Source of the DNA: Balanoglossus misakiensis
Lineage: Eukaryota > Animalia > Hemichordata
NCBI GenBank assembly: GCA_040954595.2
Contig: CM082578.2
Span: 17,245,703 to 17,309,702, forward strand
Direction: 5' to 3'
Length of the DNA: 64,000 nt
The notes under the pieces were generated by a model. That model was not told the origin of the DNA, did not search any database, and was given only the letters and a program-made list of their open reading frames with translations. A program made the translations under genes and the position numbers. This document shows positions 1-13,800 of the stretch, in pieces (position 1 is the stretch's first letter; every line of letters begins with the position of its first letter).

Positions 1-1197
1 CTGATTTGGTCTGGATGGACTTTAAAACGTCTATTAACTTTATGCATACAGCTGCATCCGTATCTCCTGAGGGTGTTGTCTGATTACGTAGTCAGACACA
101 GAGTGTATATTGCAGCAATCTATGAGACAGAGATTAGGTGCTGTCATCCATACTGGACTCTTTGTTAGTGGGCCAACATTTATCTCTATTGCATAGAGTA
201 GTCTTGCCGATACAAGGCTCAACTAAATTGTGCATTTATATAGACATTGTATAGTCCTCTTTTGACTCATGCTGACAATAGCATGTCTGGCTACCGATAT
301 TATCACTTAAAACTCTGACTTTTTGGTCTGCTTTATATCACTGTACTGCTAATGCAGAATTTGCTCGTTGTGCTTTAAAATTTACCGGCATCATTCTAGA
401 ATTGTGGGTTCCCAGGTTATAAGCTGTTATGTTGCCTGCTATAAGTGTCAACCAGACTCAGTCCTTCGGGAGGTTTGAACCCATCTGTTTGACGATTCAG
501 GATTAACCTCAGTTCACTTGTTGAGTCCTCTGCAGTTATTTGACCCATCATCTACCTGTCTATCATAAAATCATAGGCTCATACAAAAAGGTGTTATTTT
601 TCTCCAAATCAAAGTCATCTTGTTAACATTGTGATTTCAGTCGCTTCTGTGCAGACTGGTTTAGACGGTATTTCATTTCTTTTAAATGTATGTATGTGCA
701 TGTGAGTATTTATATGTGTGTGTGAGAGGTAGACTGAGAGATGAGAGAGAGGAGGGAATGAGAGGTGAAGGGGGAGAGAGAGGGGGTGAATGCAGTTGAA
801 AAATGTATATGAATACGAAGGATGGTTTCATATGGTTTTACGGAGACAATGAAGCAGTACAATGCTAGGAAGTGTTCAGCAAGTGGGTGTAACTAATATT
901 GGATACCCCATTCCATCTAAATCACAGGGAGTATATAATGTGCAGCAGAGTTTATGGCACAAACCAAAGAAATTCCGCTCATATTACATGTAACATTATG
1001 AAAAATGACTTTTCTCAGATGACCTTTTCCCATCGTGTACTGCATGCAAATAATGACATTATTTCCTCATTTCAGTGCTGCTGTTTGTCTGGTTATTGGT
1101 TAGATAGGCTGTCCGACAGTCAGACATGTGGCAATTGCCCCGAAGGTTTGGAGAGAATTTCTCATTTTGGCAAGGAATGGAGTATATACATTTTTTT

Positions 1198-1219
1198 GGG
1201 GGGGGGGGGGGGGGGGGGG
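1198..1219 (+). repeat. Poly-G tract (G22)
   Basis: Homopolymer seen directly; similar C tracts at 38757-38772, 58779-58797 and 62526-62544. Confidence 0.9.
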
Positions 1220-4200
1220 ACATTTAGCATTGAGCCTTCGGGGCTGTTGTGTAATATTCATTCAGAATAGCAGACAGGTGCTCTTCAGCCAAATCTCTCA
1301 TTTCAACCATCTATTCTGAGCTCCAGACTTATTCTGTAAATGTCAGCTCAGATTTTACTTTCCTCTTCAAAAGGGAGGACGACTGAGCACAAAGTTCACC
1401 GTGGGGCAGTGACAAGTTCAAACAGAGTTCATTGTTTGTGCAATGTCAAAGATCAAGGGAAGTTCATGCAATAAAATTTTGACTTCTATTTAAAGGAAAC
1501 TACAGCTGGAGGATAAATGTGATGTTGAAAAACAGATCCTGAAAAATTCATATGAAGGCCAAATTTGCACATTTAGAAATGAATGAATGAGACATTTTTA
1601 AATATTTATGTTAAACTGCCTTCTTAGACAGAATGATACAGGCGCTATTACAACTGGTATGTTTTCATTCCAGGAATTCAACCGCAATCCTTATTTGGTT
1701 ACAGCTTGTGTCTGTGTTCCATTCAATTCCGTCAAACTTTACCGTATGTTGCTTTTCAAGAGAAATTTAATCCAGTAAAGCCACTTACAAGTATTTAAAG
1801 ACTAATCACATAAAAAGGGGAAGGAGGCGTTAGGATGAATTGTGATCCAAGCGCTCAAACTGAGTGGCTTTATAATCTTCAGCAGATCTATAACAAGCTT
1901 GAAGTTCAATGATATCCCTCCTGAAGTGCATCAGAACATATTTCAAGTAATTCTTTGCAATCCGAAAAATCTGGATCTATTTGTGCTCATTTGATATGCA
2001 TTCCAATTCAGAGGGAACAGTTAAATTGCCGTGCAAGTGCCAGGGCTGAATGCAGTGAATATACATGTACCCCGCAAAAAGGATTACTGCGACTCCAAGC
2101 GTATAGGATCCACTTCTCAGTAATTACCAAGATTGTAGCTTGCTTTTCAATTTCTTCTTCAAACTGCATAAAGTGGGCTCTTTGGCAGACTCAATCACAG
2201 TCTTACATGCCAACCAACAGTTCAATAGATGATTGTTGCATCCAGCCACGATTGCAGTCGGCAATTTCACACAGGAAAACCAACCTGACAGAAGTCAGCA
2301 AATTCTCTTTAAGGTTAACACGCCTACCATTGCTACTGATGCCTAAATGTAGGCACTGATTCACAGGAAAAAAGACCAATTTGCTTTTAAATTGTCCATT
2401 CCCTGCCATGCAAAGTACTCACTCAACAAACTGAGTTGTTTCACAAGTAAATGGGGATGTTATTTTTTTCGTAATTGCAGTTCGAGCAGGGTAGCCTTGT
2501 TTGAATTCAGTGCATGTACACTCTAAAAAGCATACACTGTCTGCGAGAACGCACACATCTGTACGAGCTTTCCAACAGAGTGGCATGTTCACAGATTTTA
2601 ACTGCTGCAGATATTTTGACATAGTAAGAATTTCAGACATGACATCATTCTTGTACTTTTTTGCCTTCAAGTACACCTGTGACTTTTGCAATTAACACTA
2701 ATGCATTGCTGAGAGTTTGTTTAGTCTTGTCAGGCAAGGCCTGATTGACTGTGCATTTTCATTCATCTCTAGCATTCATGTAATTCATCTTGTTCTCACA
2801 TAATCTCATTAAGAGAGGAATTTGCTCTAATCCCCTTCAAACACATCACTACTCTAACGCGTTTCATCAGTGAAAAAAAGAAATTATGAAATGCCAAATC
2901 TGTATCTTTGGATCACATAACTTTGACGTCAAACACACAGTGACGTAAAGCCTCAGACCATTCCGTACACTTGAGTGTCAAAGATTGCAATTTGTGTTTT
3001 GGTTAATACATCTACTGATTCATATTTATTGATAACATATACTTTAAAATTGATTATTTTAGCTCTGACCTTTAAAGTCATTACAAAAGCCGTGGGAGTG
3101 TGTTTGCACAGTCTGATTGTGACTTGGAATGCCAAATTATTGCAGAATATCAATCTATATACATACTGATGCAAAAGAGAATCTGTGTGTTGCAGATGTG
3201 TTTTCTTTGCGGATTTGAACATTATAGTGTGTACTTTGTTTTTATCAGTAACCACACATCAAAACTTTACAAAAACACTCAAATTTATTCCAGGTTTCTG
3301 CCAAGTCAATTGACAAATTTGGCTCCTGCATGCACACACATCATTCTGTAAGAACAGTTCAATTAATGTTCCTCTGATATCATCCAAGTATCTGTTTTTA
3401 AAAAATCAGTGTGCAAAAATAATTATCTCAAAAGTCAAAGTTGTGCTTCTTTTTCTTTCTAATTCAAATGTACTGGATGATGCCTGCACATGTCAGCAAA
3501 TATAATGAATTTTGCATGCCAATCAAAATATAATGGGTCATTATGGAAATCTTGGAGTAGCCACAAGCAATTATAAAGAGAAAAATGAAACAGAGAGAAA
3601 AAAAATGAAACCAAACACCCATTCATATGTAAGCCTCTTCACAGTCTTATTATTGGTTACTATTCATAGTTATGTATTTACGAGTGATGGTAAGGAAAAT
3701 GTCAGTGATTTTAGTTCCCCTGCATAACAAGCTCATAATGACCTCGCTGAATTTGTTACTCGGCCTCCAGAATCAATTATTGAAGCAAAACAGAAGAAGG
3801 CAGGACGTTAGACCTCGGTGTTCAGAAGTAGAATCATGCATTCATAAGAAAAAAAGGTCCCGACTTGGTAACCATGGTAATAATATGGTTGCTGTTATCT
3901 ATGGGTAGAAGTCAGTCAGACGTACACTTGAGCTATTACCGTAGTGATACTTATGAGAATTAGAATTTAATGATGGGACTAACATACTATAGATTTTTAC
4001 GAGAGCTGAGCAGCATCGTCCTTGCGAATTAAAGGCTGGCCTTTTATTTCTGTGATTTTTGTGCGCTTTATCAGCAGTCCTAAGCAGGAAATGGGATCAC
4101 TTTCATTGAATTTTTAATGAAATTACCTTTTCAATGTGATCAGGTTTTCTGGACTCCATACGTCAGGAAGTCTGATGATGTCACTGTTCACTTCTCAGAG

Positions 4201-7200
4201 AGAATGGGAGTGAAAAGGAGGAATCATTATAATGTAATATGTTGAAGTTACTAGCTCAAGTGTAATGAGCTTCTGTTTCTTCTATCAGTAATATTTTTCT
4301 TGGAAAACAAATATCAAAATGTGATTGCAGTGACTTTGCACAAACACAGCCATGTACGGATGAGACCTGCATGTATAAGTCTCCGGCTTGCATACATCAC
4401 TGATATTTCCTGTACCTGTGGTACGCTAAAATTTCAATTCTGCCCCCTAATTTTGATGGATGGGGCAGAAACTGCCCTTTGCATCTAGAGAAAACACTGG
4501 TGTGCAGTTTAAGTGCATATGGACGTATTAGCCAGCTGTTGTATTTGAGTTTTGACTTCCGCAAAGTTGGTTTTGCATAAAATATCAAAGACTGGTGTAT
4601 CATCACAGTAGAGGCATAGTGCATGCATTAGCACTTATGAATTGTGGGATATTTCACATAAAGTGTGCATGCTAAGAAACACCTCACCTTCCCACCCCAC
4701 CCCTACAGAAAAATAGGGACAATTAAGTTCTTCAGAACAGACCAGGTCGTGATTTTCTTTCACTAAAATCCCCAACCATACAAAAACAGGAAGACTAATT
4801 TGTAGTTTTAAGTCAGTAGGAGATGAGCCCGACCTTGTCATTTAAAGCAGGAAATGAACGAAATTCTGGGAATACTCGAAAGTGCTGTCCTTGAATTTGA
4901 TGAAAATAACGAGTACATCTAGAGACTTTGATTTGTTTTTGTACAAGCTAAACAATTTCAAGGTGTCAAAATTCATGCCTGTCATGTGTGTCGATCGTGA
5001 TTTGGAAAATGATATTTTTGAACTTGACTCTCTGGGGAAAAAAAACAACACTAAAAATAGCACAGTCTTTATGTATTCTCGCAGTTATACTTAAAGTGAA
5101 AGAAATCGATCATGATATTTTATCCCATGAAAAGCTACTTAGAGTGTGGCGAGGTTCTATTGATACATTCTATGTGGCTGTATGGATCAGTGCACAAGAT
5201 TGCATTTCCAGCAGCATCAAGGTCTGAGAGTTGGAAATGCATTGTGGGAGGAGTGTATTTTAGAACGCAGGTGCAGGGTGTCAGCAACCCCCATTTCAAG
5301 TATCACTGAAGATCATTCAGTAGTTTACAAGCAAAGTCAATTAATTCCCGTCTTGAAATATGTAGCTCAATGCTCCCAAATATTCTTATCATATTCCTTT
5401 ATTTAGTCCTATGGCCAGACCAAAACCATAATTGGAGCAATTTTTTGGTTTAAGGACAACTTTGGCATTTTTTACTACAAATCTCAGAAAAAGCTTCTCA
5501 AATTTTGAATGATGAAATAATCAATTTTGTGTTTGGAAGCAATAGCAGTTTTATGCAGTTTTGGGTAAAGAATTTGTAGAAATAGTTCTATGCATTTGGC
5601 TGACCAATATTGGGGCAGGCTGCTTTGGGTAAGATATTACTTTTTATTAAAACAACTGGTTAGTCTACTTCGATATTATGTGTACAGGTCCTGCCCAGCT
5701 CCCTTGCACTGGCTTGGTATATGTATGTCAGACATCACAGAGCTGTTCACTGTATCAGACCCTCCTTACCCATGATTCCTGTGTGTTTCTACGAAAGGCG
5801 CAGAGTCAATAGGTAGACGTGGGCCAAAACAATTCAGATATAGATTACTGGTGCGTGATTTTCATGAAGCCCTTCCAAGGCTAATCAGCCAATGTTTTTT
5901 CCTGTTTTTAACCCTTTCAAGCCTGGCTTTCTGGTATCCGAATTTCTCCTATATATAGGATATCCGGCCAGAAAGGGTTAATATACACATAGAGAAGCTG
6001 GACAGATGATGACTGGCAAATAAATTCCTTGAAAGAGGCAGTTACAAGAAAACAAGTCTTAAGAAATGTGTCCCTTAAATAATTAATGTAAGTGATTTCC
6101 TGAAAACGTGATTGAAGAAACCAGGCATCATCTGGAGTTCTCATTCAAGTCAGGGGGAAAAATCAAAGTGGATATCATTGCTAGGACTGTTTTAATATGG
6201 CAATGCATCAGGAAAACCCAACCACTAAGTTTGAAAAATCAATTTCTTCAGATGAATGAAAAGCAATCATTGTAGGGTATTTAATGTCAAGATATTGTGA
6301 CAAAGTGTTGTGATTTAGCTGTTCAACGTTTTGTTTTTTGTGATTTTGTCTGTGTGATTTGTAATGCATGTCAGAAATGTGGCAGTCCATTTATCATGAA
6401 GTGGAGTGTATCCCTCTGCACATATACTGTGTCTGCTCTTATCACTCACCTGGGAAATTACCCTCCAGTTTGATATCATAAATCCTTCAGCAATATGCCA
6501 ATATCACCCCATTATCACTTGACATTTTCAGCATATAATGTGCACTCTGCAATTAAATTTCAGATTACAGATGGCCTGTGCGAATCTCATCATCACTTTT
6601 AACTTCTGTGTGAACACTTGGCTCTTCTCAGTTTAAATATATATATTTTTTCTGAACCGTTCTAACAGTTATATGTAGATGTTGACCCTATGGATTGTCT
6701 GCACAGCCAATGCTTGCATCTTTCACGTTAGATAATATATTATCCCTCCCGCAAGCTGGAGAAATGAGATTTTAATTGGCAAATTTAAAGGAGAAACCGT
6801 CCCTCCGCATATCAAGTTACTTTAAAGCTTAATGCAATAGATGCAGAAATTTCATGGACCCCACCCGTACCCTGTAATCATTCTCCATTCCTGGGAGATG
6901 TTCATTGACATTCCTAATTTGACATTGGACCTCTACTCTGATACGGCGAAACTGTACAGGTTTTTTTTGGAGTGTGTGTGTGTGCCTGGACGGGGGCAGT
7001 AATGGATGTCACAGAACAGTAGATTATCGTTTGAAAGATACAGCAAATGTCGACTGGGTACAGGCTGCAGAGTTGTAAGTGGGCCATTAGTAGGCAGAGG
7101 TTTTGAGACCCGTGAGCGAGGTTAATCGTTCCCATCTATCACTTTCGCACCCTCTGCATGAAAAGGCGGTCATCAGAGCTCAATTTAACAATCAAACTCA

Positions 7201-10160
7201 CTGCATTTAGACAGATATACATGTGGGTATGCCTTAATACACCCGACAGTTGCTTGACTGCCGTGTACTGATTACTCCCTGCTGCATAGACGATTCAGAT
7301 GGATTCATCGGTCTAGAGCTGTACCAGCTAAGCAGTCATTGGTCGTGTATAAAGCCTGCGCTTTCAGCTTGTGTTCAGGCATGTGTGTATCGGGGAAGAA
7401 TTGCTCATCACAGAGTGATCGACAGAAGGACATGTGCACTGTGACTTGTAGATGCATTTTACTTTTGACTTATATGACTCCTAACATGCCCACAAAATGT
7501 ACTCCATCAAATTAACATACATGTACACTGACAAACTCGGTAAAAGATGAACATGATTGGAAATCATGCTCATATATTGCTATGTGTGTTTACAATAGTT
7601 TTGCAGTTCACAATATGACACACTTTGTGAAGAGCAATGTCTTTACTGTCGGCGCACCGTATAATGTCTTGTTTTGATGAAGCCCAGTCAATGATCATTA
7701 TGACTAATGATGGGCTAATAAAGTGGGAGATACTTATAGCCTTTCTGATGAGCAACTCGATCTCTGGATAGTTTAGTCGGCTAATAGCCACTCAGAAGTC
7801 CGCTAGCTATCACGTTCCTGACCTACTTCAACCAATTGTCCTGTTACTGAAGGTTTAGGAAAAACGATATGCAATTGTGACATGGAACACTCATCATGCG
7901 TACTGCAGTGTTGGTAATTCTGCCCATTCTCATAAACATCACTGGGGCGTCCCTCTCTGATGACTCTGCAAATAGCTTGCTGTGTATGTACTACCTGTAA
8001 CCACCATCGATAACTGTATGGGTGTGTGCATGGGGCCACACTTCCAACTTCCAAGTACCTTACCCCCAATAGTCATGCCTACACAGAACACAACCAACCA
8101 TGTACCACCTCGCCCCACTACAAACCAAACGTGAAACAGTATTTTACAAATTCTTTGAAACAAAAGTAAAGAGCAAAAATCTGAAAATTCTACAACTGAG
8201 ACTCTCAGTTAATTGTTCTGCTGTCATTTACACCATCAGAAAATCTGACGGCTTGTTGCCTTGACAACATGCAAGACAAGCTGCCATGGCAATGCCCATA
8301 AAACAAACTTTGTCACCTCAACAGCCATAAAAAACACTGATCACCTTGACAACAGACAAAACCTTCATAAAACATTGTAATCTGACTTTCAATCAGCAAG
8401 AGCTCTCACACACATATTAAAATGTGTAAATCACAATTTCCATGTTTTATCCTGTTTATGTACAAGTGCCAGATTTCATAAAAAATCTTCCTGTGTGGGA
8501 GACGTAAAACTTGCACAAGTCTCAATATTCCAGATGAGGAGCAACACTGAACTTTGTTGTGTCACTCTCATCGTATATTTCCATGTTGTGTAATCCTCTG
8601 CTATAAAGTATGGATTTGTCAGTGTACATGTTAATGTACAACTTACAAGTCTTTTAAGTTGTGCACAAACATTTTGCTGTCAAAGATATGTTTGAAAAAG
8701 TACCATTCTAAAGTATAGTTCTTGACAAGCTTTTATGTGTTAAGAAATCAACTGCACCATACAAACAAATTGTATGGTTTTGTGATTGTTCCTGATAATA
8801 ATACAAACTTGGATGAAGGAGTGAATTTTGAGATTTCTACCCTGGATGCAATTCGTAGTATAGAAGACTTGAGTTTCAGACACGACTATTTGCTGCATTG
8901 TCAACAATAATGCACTTTAATGAGTTCAGAGTATGCTACTTGAAGTGCTCTATATTTGAAGCACATTTTCTGACAATCACCTGCCCACTTTTACTCACAG
9001 CAGTAAAACAAAGACCTTGAAAAGTGTTTTGATTTGCACATGAGTTTTCCCCCACTCATCTTGATCTGTGAGGTTTTGCCATCGTCATTGAAAATGTCGG
9101 AACAACGGCCATGCAGTCAACAGGCTTTACAGGAACCAGAAAACTGTATTAAACCATTAGCGTTTTTTGCATGTGGTAGCCTGCAGAAAATTGTCTCGCA
9201 TCGGACATTCTTGATTTCCTAAGTGGATGATTATTTTTCAAATCTATATGCTTTCACCCCTTTTTCCTGGCAGTGGATTGAACCAAACATTTGAAAACTA
9301 GACTGTGGTCGTTTGCATCCAGCAATAATTTGTTTGCGCTAGAGAGTGTTAATTAATATACCCCGGTACATTGTACTGGTAATGGTATGTGCATGGTAAC
9401 CTTGCATTTTCTTTTGCTTTCACCTTTCCATAATATGGGCTATGCTATATTTGGCACACAGGAAGTACTGATCCACTTTAGTTGAACTCAGTGTCTCTTC
9501 AGTAGAACATATAGGACAGTTCCCACATTTTCTGAAGACTGTAAGATGAATGAATATGCACTGAGCGTTGTACATGTATATAGAGCTCATAAACTAATCT
9601 CTCTAGGGTCCATGGATAATTAACACATGCGGTTTGATCAGCTTGTAAATGTTAACCATGGCCCCTTAATTGGATCAGCTCGTTTATAATTTTCAGTAGG
9701 CATATTATACTGATATAAGTATCCCAAACCTAATCAGGTTTAGATTCTGACTTAAATGGCAACATGAACCAATTTGATTGAAGTGCTCTACCTCCTGTTT
9801 AAATGTCATTCGACTCATTATGGACATTATATTATCTTGATTTACCATCACAGACAAAAAATCATAGTGCATTTTCAACCAAAAATCCATTAACTCTGGC
9901 ATTAATGAAAACTCTGGTTTATTGATGGATTTTTGATACTCTGTTTTATCAGTGCTGTTGGAAAATATCGCACTTACATGTAGACCACTCAGAAGTAGAG
10001 CATATCCAATTCTCTGACTATTACTGAGTGTGATATCCTTGTCATCTATGCATTTTTGGAAAGCCATGATGTTTGGGTACAGAGCTGCTTGTAGTTTTTG
10101 TTACAATATTAATTGCACAGAAATTCATACTTCTAATCAATCGCTCTGTATTTCCCGCAG

Positions 10161-10889
10161 CCAACACCAGGGCTTGAAAGTCGACCGGACAGGATCATGG
10201 TTTCTAGGAAGACAATGACAGTGCAATCAGCCTCTGTAACGGGTGATGGTACGATTTACAGAGATTCATTCAGCAGTCGTATATCATGGAACAGATTTAC
10301 ATCAGTACTGAACGCGGCATATTTGTCATACCACCGCGCAACCGGTTACGCTTGCTATCACGACTGCGGGCCACACGGTTCCTGTCGTTGCGGTGTCTGT
10401 GTTGCCGGGGACAACAAGCATGCATGCCTGCTGCCCAACTGCTCAGAATGTGACGCGGACACATACTTCTATCTGAGGACCATGGCGATCATCTTTGCGA
10501 TCTGCGTGGCACAGTGGCTGTACGCTGCCCTCCAAGTCATGTTCATTCTCAATCGCAAGAACCAGCGTCTGCTGGAGTCTATGGGCATCAACTGCTGCCT
10601 CTGCTATCCGGGGCTGTACACGGAGTCAGGCAATCCGCATCGGTCCCGCTGGAGATTCTTCCGGTTGTTGACCAAGATCTGGCCGTGTTTCAGGATGCCG
10701 GCATTGTTTCAGATGGCGTCCACCTCGGTGATAATGGTGACTCTTGTCCTCACTGCTCTATACCAGTATGGTGACATACGCAGTGTGGTTCGCAATGCCT
10801 TACCAGAAGAGTACTATCCGTCCGATCATCTCCTCCTGACTGCAGTGGTTACTGTGTCCAATGATGGGCCCATCATTCAACCCATCTGA
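10161..10889 (+). CDS. Terminal coding exon (242 aa) of a probable EEP-superfamily (DNase I-like phosphoesterase) membrane protein; upstream exons not identified in the window
   Basis: Acceptor tgtatttcccgcag|CCA at 10160/10161 is in frame with ORF 10197..10889 and gives PTPGLESRPDRIMVS...YYPSDHLLLTAVVTV. RPDRI resembles the EEP 'RIDYI' motif and PSDH followed by a beta-strand is the EEP C-terminal catalytic motif. GC and CpG content is higher than in the flanks. It also contains an 8-Cys module and two hydrophobic helices. Confidence 0.8.
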   Translation, partial: PTPGLESRPDRIMVSRKTMTVQSASVTGDGTIYRDSFSSRISWNRFTSVLNAAYLSYHRATGYACYHDCGPHGSCRCGVCVAGDNKHACLLPNCSECDADTYFYLRTMAIIFAICVAQWLYAALQVMFILNRKNQRLLESMGINCCLCYPGLYTESGNPHRSRWRFFRLLTKIWPCFRMPALFQMASTSVIMVTLVLTALYQYGDIRSVVRNALPEEYYPSDHLLLTAVVTVSNDGPIIQPI

Positions 10890-13800
10890 CTGCTTTTTTT
10901 TAAAGTATCTGTCAAGAAATGCAAATCTCTACTTAATCACACAGTTGCCCACTATAGGCAAAACCCAAAATTCAAATACAACATAAAGTGATCATACAAA
11001 GACACATATTCATATGTGTGCACTGACTCTTGTATATTTCTACCACTATCACATGTTTCCTTCACAATACATTTTCTGTAGAACACCCCAGAATCTGTGT
11101 GCAACGTTTAATTCAAGATTTATAGGCCTATTAATTCATGCCAATTGAAATGATCAGAATCAGCAGGTAAATTTTTCAGTTTTAGACGGGTGATCATGTG
11201 GGGAACATGTAAGACCATTTAAAGAGCTTTAATCTTCTAAATGTCAAACAGTCATTTAGATCTAAGTTCCATTTAAGAGATCTGGCAGACGATATCTCCA
11301 TGGGGCACAAGATTGTCCTGTTCAAAGTTTTGCTATCCTAGCTAAGCTTTAATATTTCCGATTCCCAATAAAGAGGAGGATTTGATGTATTCATATCAGT
11401 GAACAGTGGCCGTAGCTAACACATGAGACATCCTGAAACCCAGAAGGATTTGGTTATAATATCATAGATGGGCTTGTCATGTTTTTGTTTTTTACAAAAA
11501 CTGCCCGTAAAATACAAATACGCAAAGTTCACTACAATTTGAACAAATCTGACGGAGGTTACCCCTATAGAAACTTTAAAATTTCTCCTCGAAAATATTT
11601 CAGAGAAGAAATCTAACGTTGACGGATGAAGAGACAGACAATAATGGTGGACAGTCCACCTATCTGATAAGCTCCATGTTGCTGTCAGAAGAGCTTTATA
11701 ATATTTCAGATGTCCACAACTGTGAAACAATTATTATTTATGCTACGGGAGCATCCATGCAAAGCATTGATGTCAGAGATAAACGCCAAGAGGCATAACG
11801 CTACTGTCATGTAAAATTTACCATCACACATATCGTATGAAATATTGATGGCTCAGTAAGCGCTGCTGATGATGAACATAGCCATCAATCTGAACTGTAG
11901 GCCAACAGCAAATGTATCCATGTACACTTCTTAACTGACACAATTTTGTGAAAGTAATATTTAAACCTCCCTGAGAGACAACCTTCCTCTATTTTATAAC
12001 AGTCTGAAAAAGTTCTGACCAGCTTTTCCCTATTGCTCTGTGCATATTTTGAAAGTGGAGGGTGATCTTATTTTGTGTTTCTGGTCATCATATCGTCAAT
12101 TGCACAGGATGTCATAACCTATTAGATTTCATAATGTTACAATTTTCTATATTAATGATCAGGTAAAGTGTCCACAGGGCATTTACAAAGTGCAGAGCCC
12201 AGTCCCATTGTTGTCAGAGGAAAACCATCTGTTTGTGTCATCATTATTTTTTAAAGTGATTTGTGTGTGATCAGCGCATGGAAATATATTGTTTCAGAAT
12301 TGCTTTATATTTCATACATTTTGCTCTCCGATAATATTCATTCCTAATGATTTAGTTATGATTAAGTGATTGCAATTTGCAAACTCCCTATACAGTTGCA
12401 AAGACCTTGGTCTGTGAAAGCAAGATCTCCCAGGGGCAATTATGTGTTCAACTGTTGCCCTGAAATGTCAATGAACATGTTATAAGGTTAGCCTTATTTG
12501 TGCAATGTGTGACAATTCGTGTTTGCTCAGCAGGGGTTCTTATAAATACTAGCAGTGGTGGCCCCAACATGGGCAATTAGATACCTATGTGTTCCCTGTA
12601 CAAATATGTTTGTCTGTGGTTGTACCTTCTGCCCGGAACATCCATTACTGTACACAAATGTCACCTCCCCATGTGGCATCTGCAACAACACTGAAAATAA
12701 GAAACAAATGGTCAATCGTGTGTATTGGCCATCTCATTAATTCCTTTTAAATATTCACACGGAGTCTGGTGACATGTAGAACCTTTATGAAAAACAGTAG
12801 CACAAAGTTCATCTTCCATAGCCCCCTAGGTGGTGTTTATTTTATTTGGACAGTGACTTCTGTCCTTGAATTTTTCATTGTGAGTGGTGTAACTTACTAC
12901 TGTTGTTTTGCCTTTGGATACACAGTTTCCCCCTTACACTTGAGCAAAATACTGGTAATGAGCATGTGCAATTGGATGTGCTAACACTTTATAACCAAAA
13001 GAAAGAACAGAAGCAAAAGAAATACAGTCACACACATGCGATACATTTAGTCAAGTCCCTGATAAAAACATATCCTTCTCTGTATGTGGCATTCACCACA
13101 TGTCATGACAGTTTGTATGAGGTTTGTGTTTATACTGCAGAATTATTTCTGCAAATGACATTTGTGTGAGACATTAACCTCCATGGTTCACCAGATCATC
13201 CAGCTTCTTAGGGAATGGCTGAGCTAGGGTCTTGACATAATTATACCGGAACCTTTGTCATCTACAATGACTTGTCTCAAAGTCAACCATTCACTTCGTT
13301 TAGTGTCGAATGAAATCATCATTGATCTAAATTCTTTAATTTTGTCACCGGAAAGTGCAGTTTAATTTTTTCAGCCTTCTGCACCTGTTCTTATCTTAAA
13401 CAAGTAAGCTGATTATTCCACCTGAGTGACGCCCAGTCACATTATTAGGGCACTCAGGGTAGTGCCTGATTACTTCTCATTAGAGCAATCAAAAATTAGC
13501 CTTGACCATGCACTTTCGTCGTTTTTTTAAGGCTCGCTTGATTTGTACTCTTTAACACAAGAATTGCTGTTCAGTCCACGTCTTCGTGGGCATTTTACGG
13601 ACATTTGCATTCCATTTGCGATAGCTGAACTCTGTGCTTTAAGCAATTTGGAGTTGGTTGTACATGTTGGCCTTGTAGTTGCCGTGCATTCAGCTTGACC
13701 CCGACAAACGAGTGAAGTATGCATAATATGTGTTGGTTTTGAACAAAAATTAAATTTTGTTATCCAAATGGTGCTTTTCAATCATAATACTCAAATACTG

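Noticed and set aside
465-500. Pol III B-box-like strings (also ~30110 and ~31840) hinting at tRNA or SINE
   Set aside because: No A box or cloverleaf could be built around them.
1076-5221. Three phase-compatible candidate + strand exons (1076-1145, 3645-3689, ~5085-5221) upstream of the EEP exon
   Set aside because: The joined peptide shows no EEP motif, two of the donors are weak (gtttgg, gtctga), and such sites arise by chance in 10 kb.
9705-10067. 120-aa minus-strand ORF next to the EEP exon
   Set aside because: AT-rich intronic composition and no recognisable motif.
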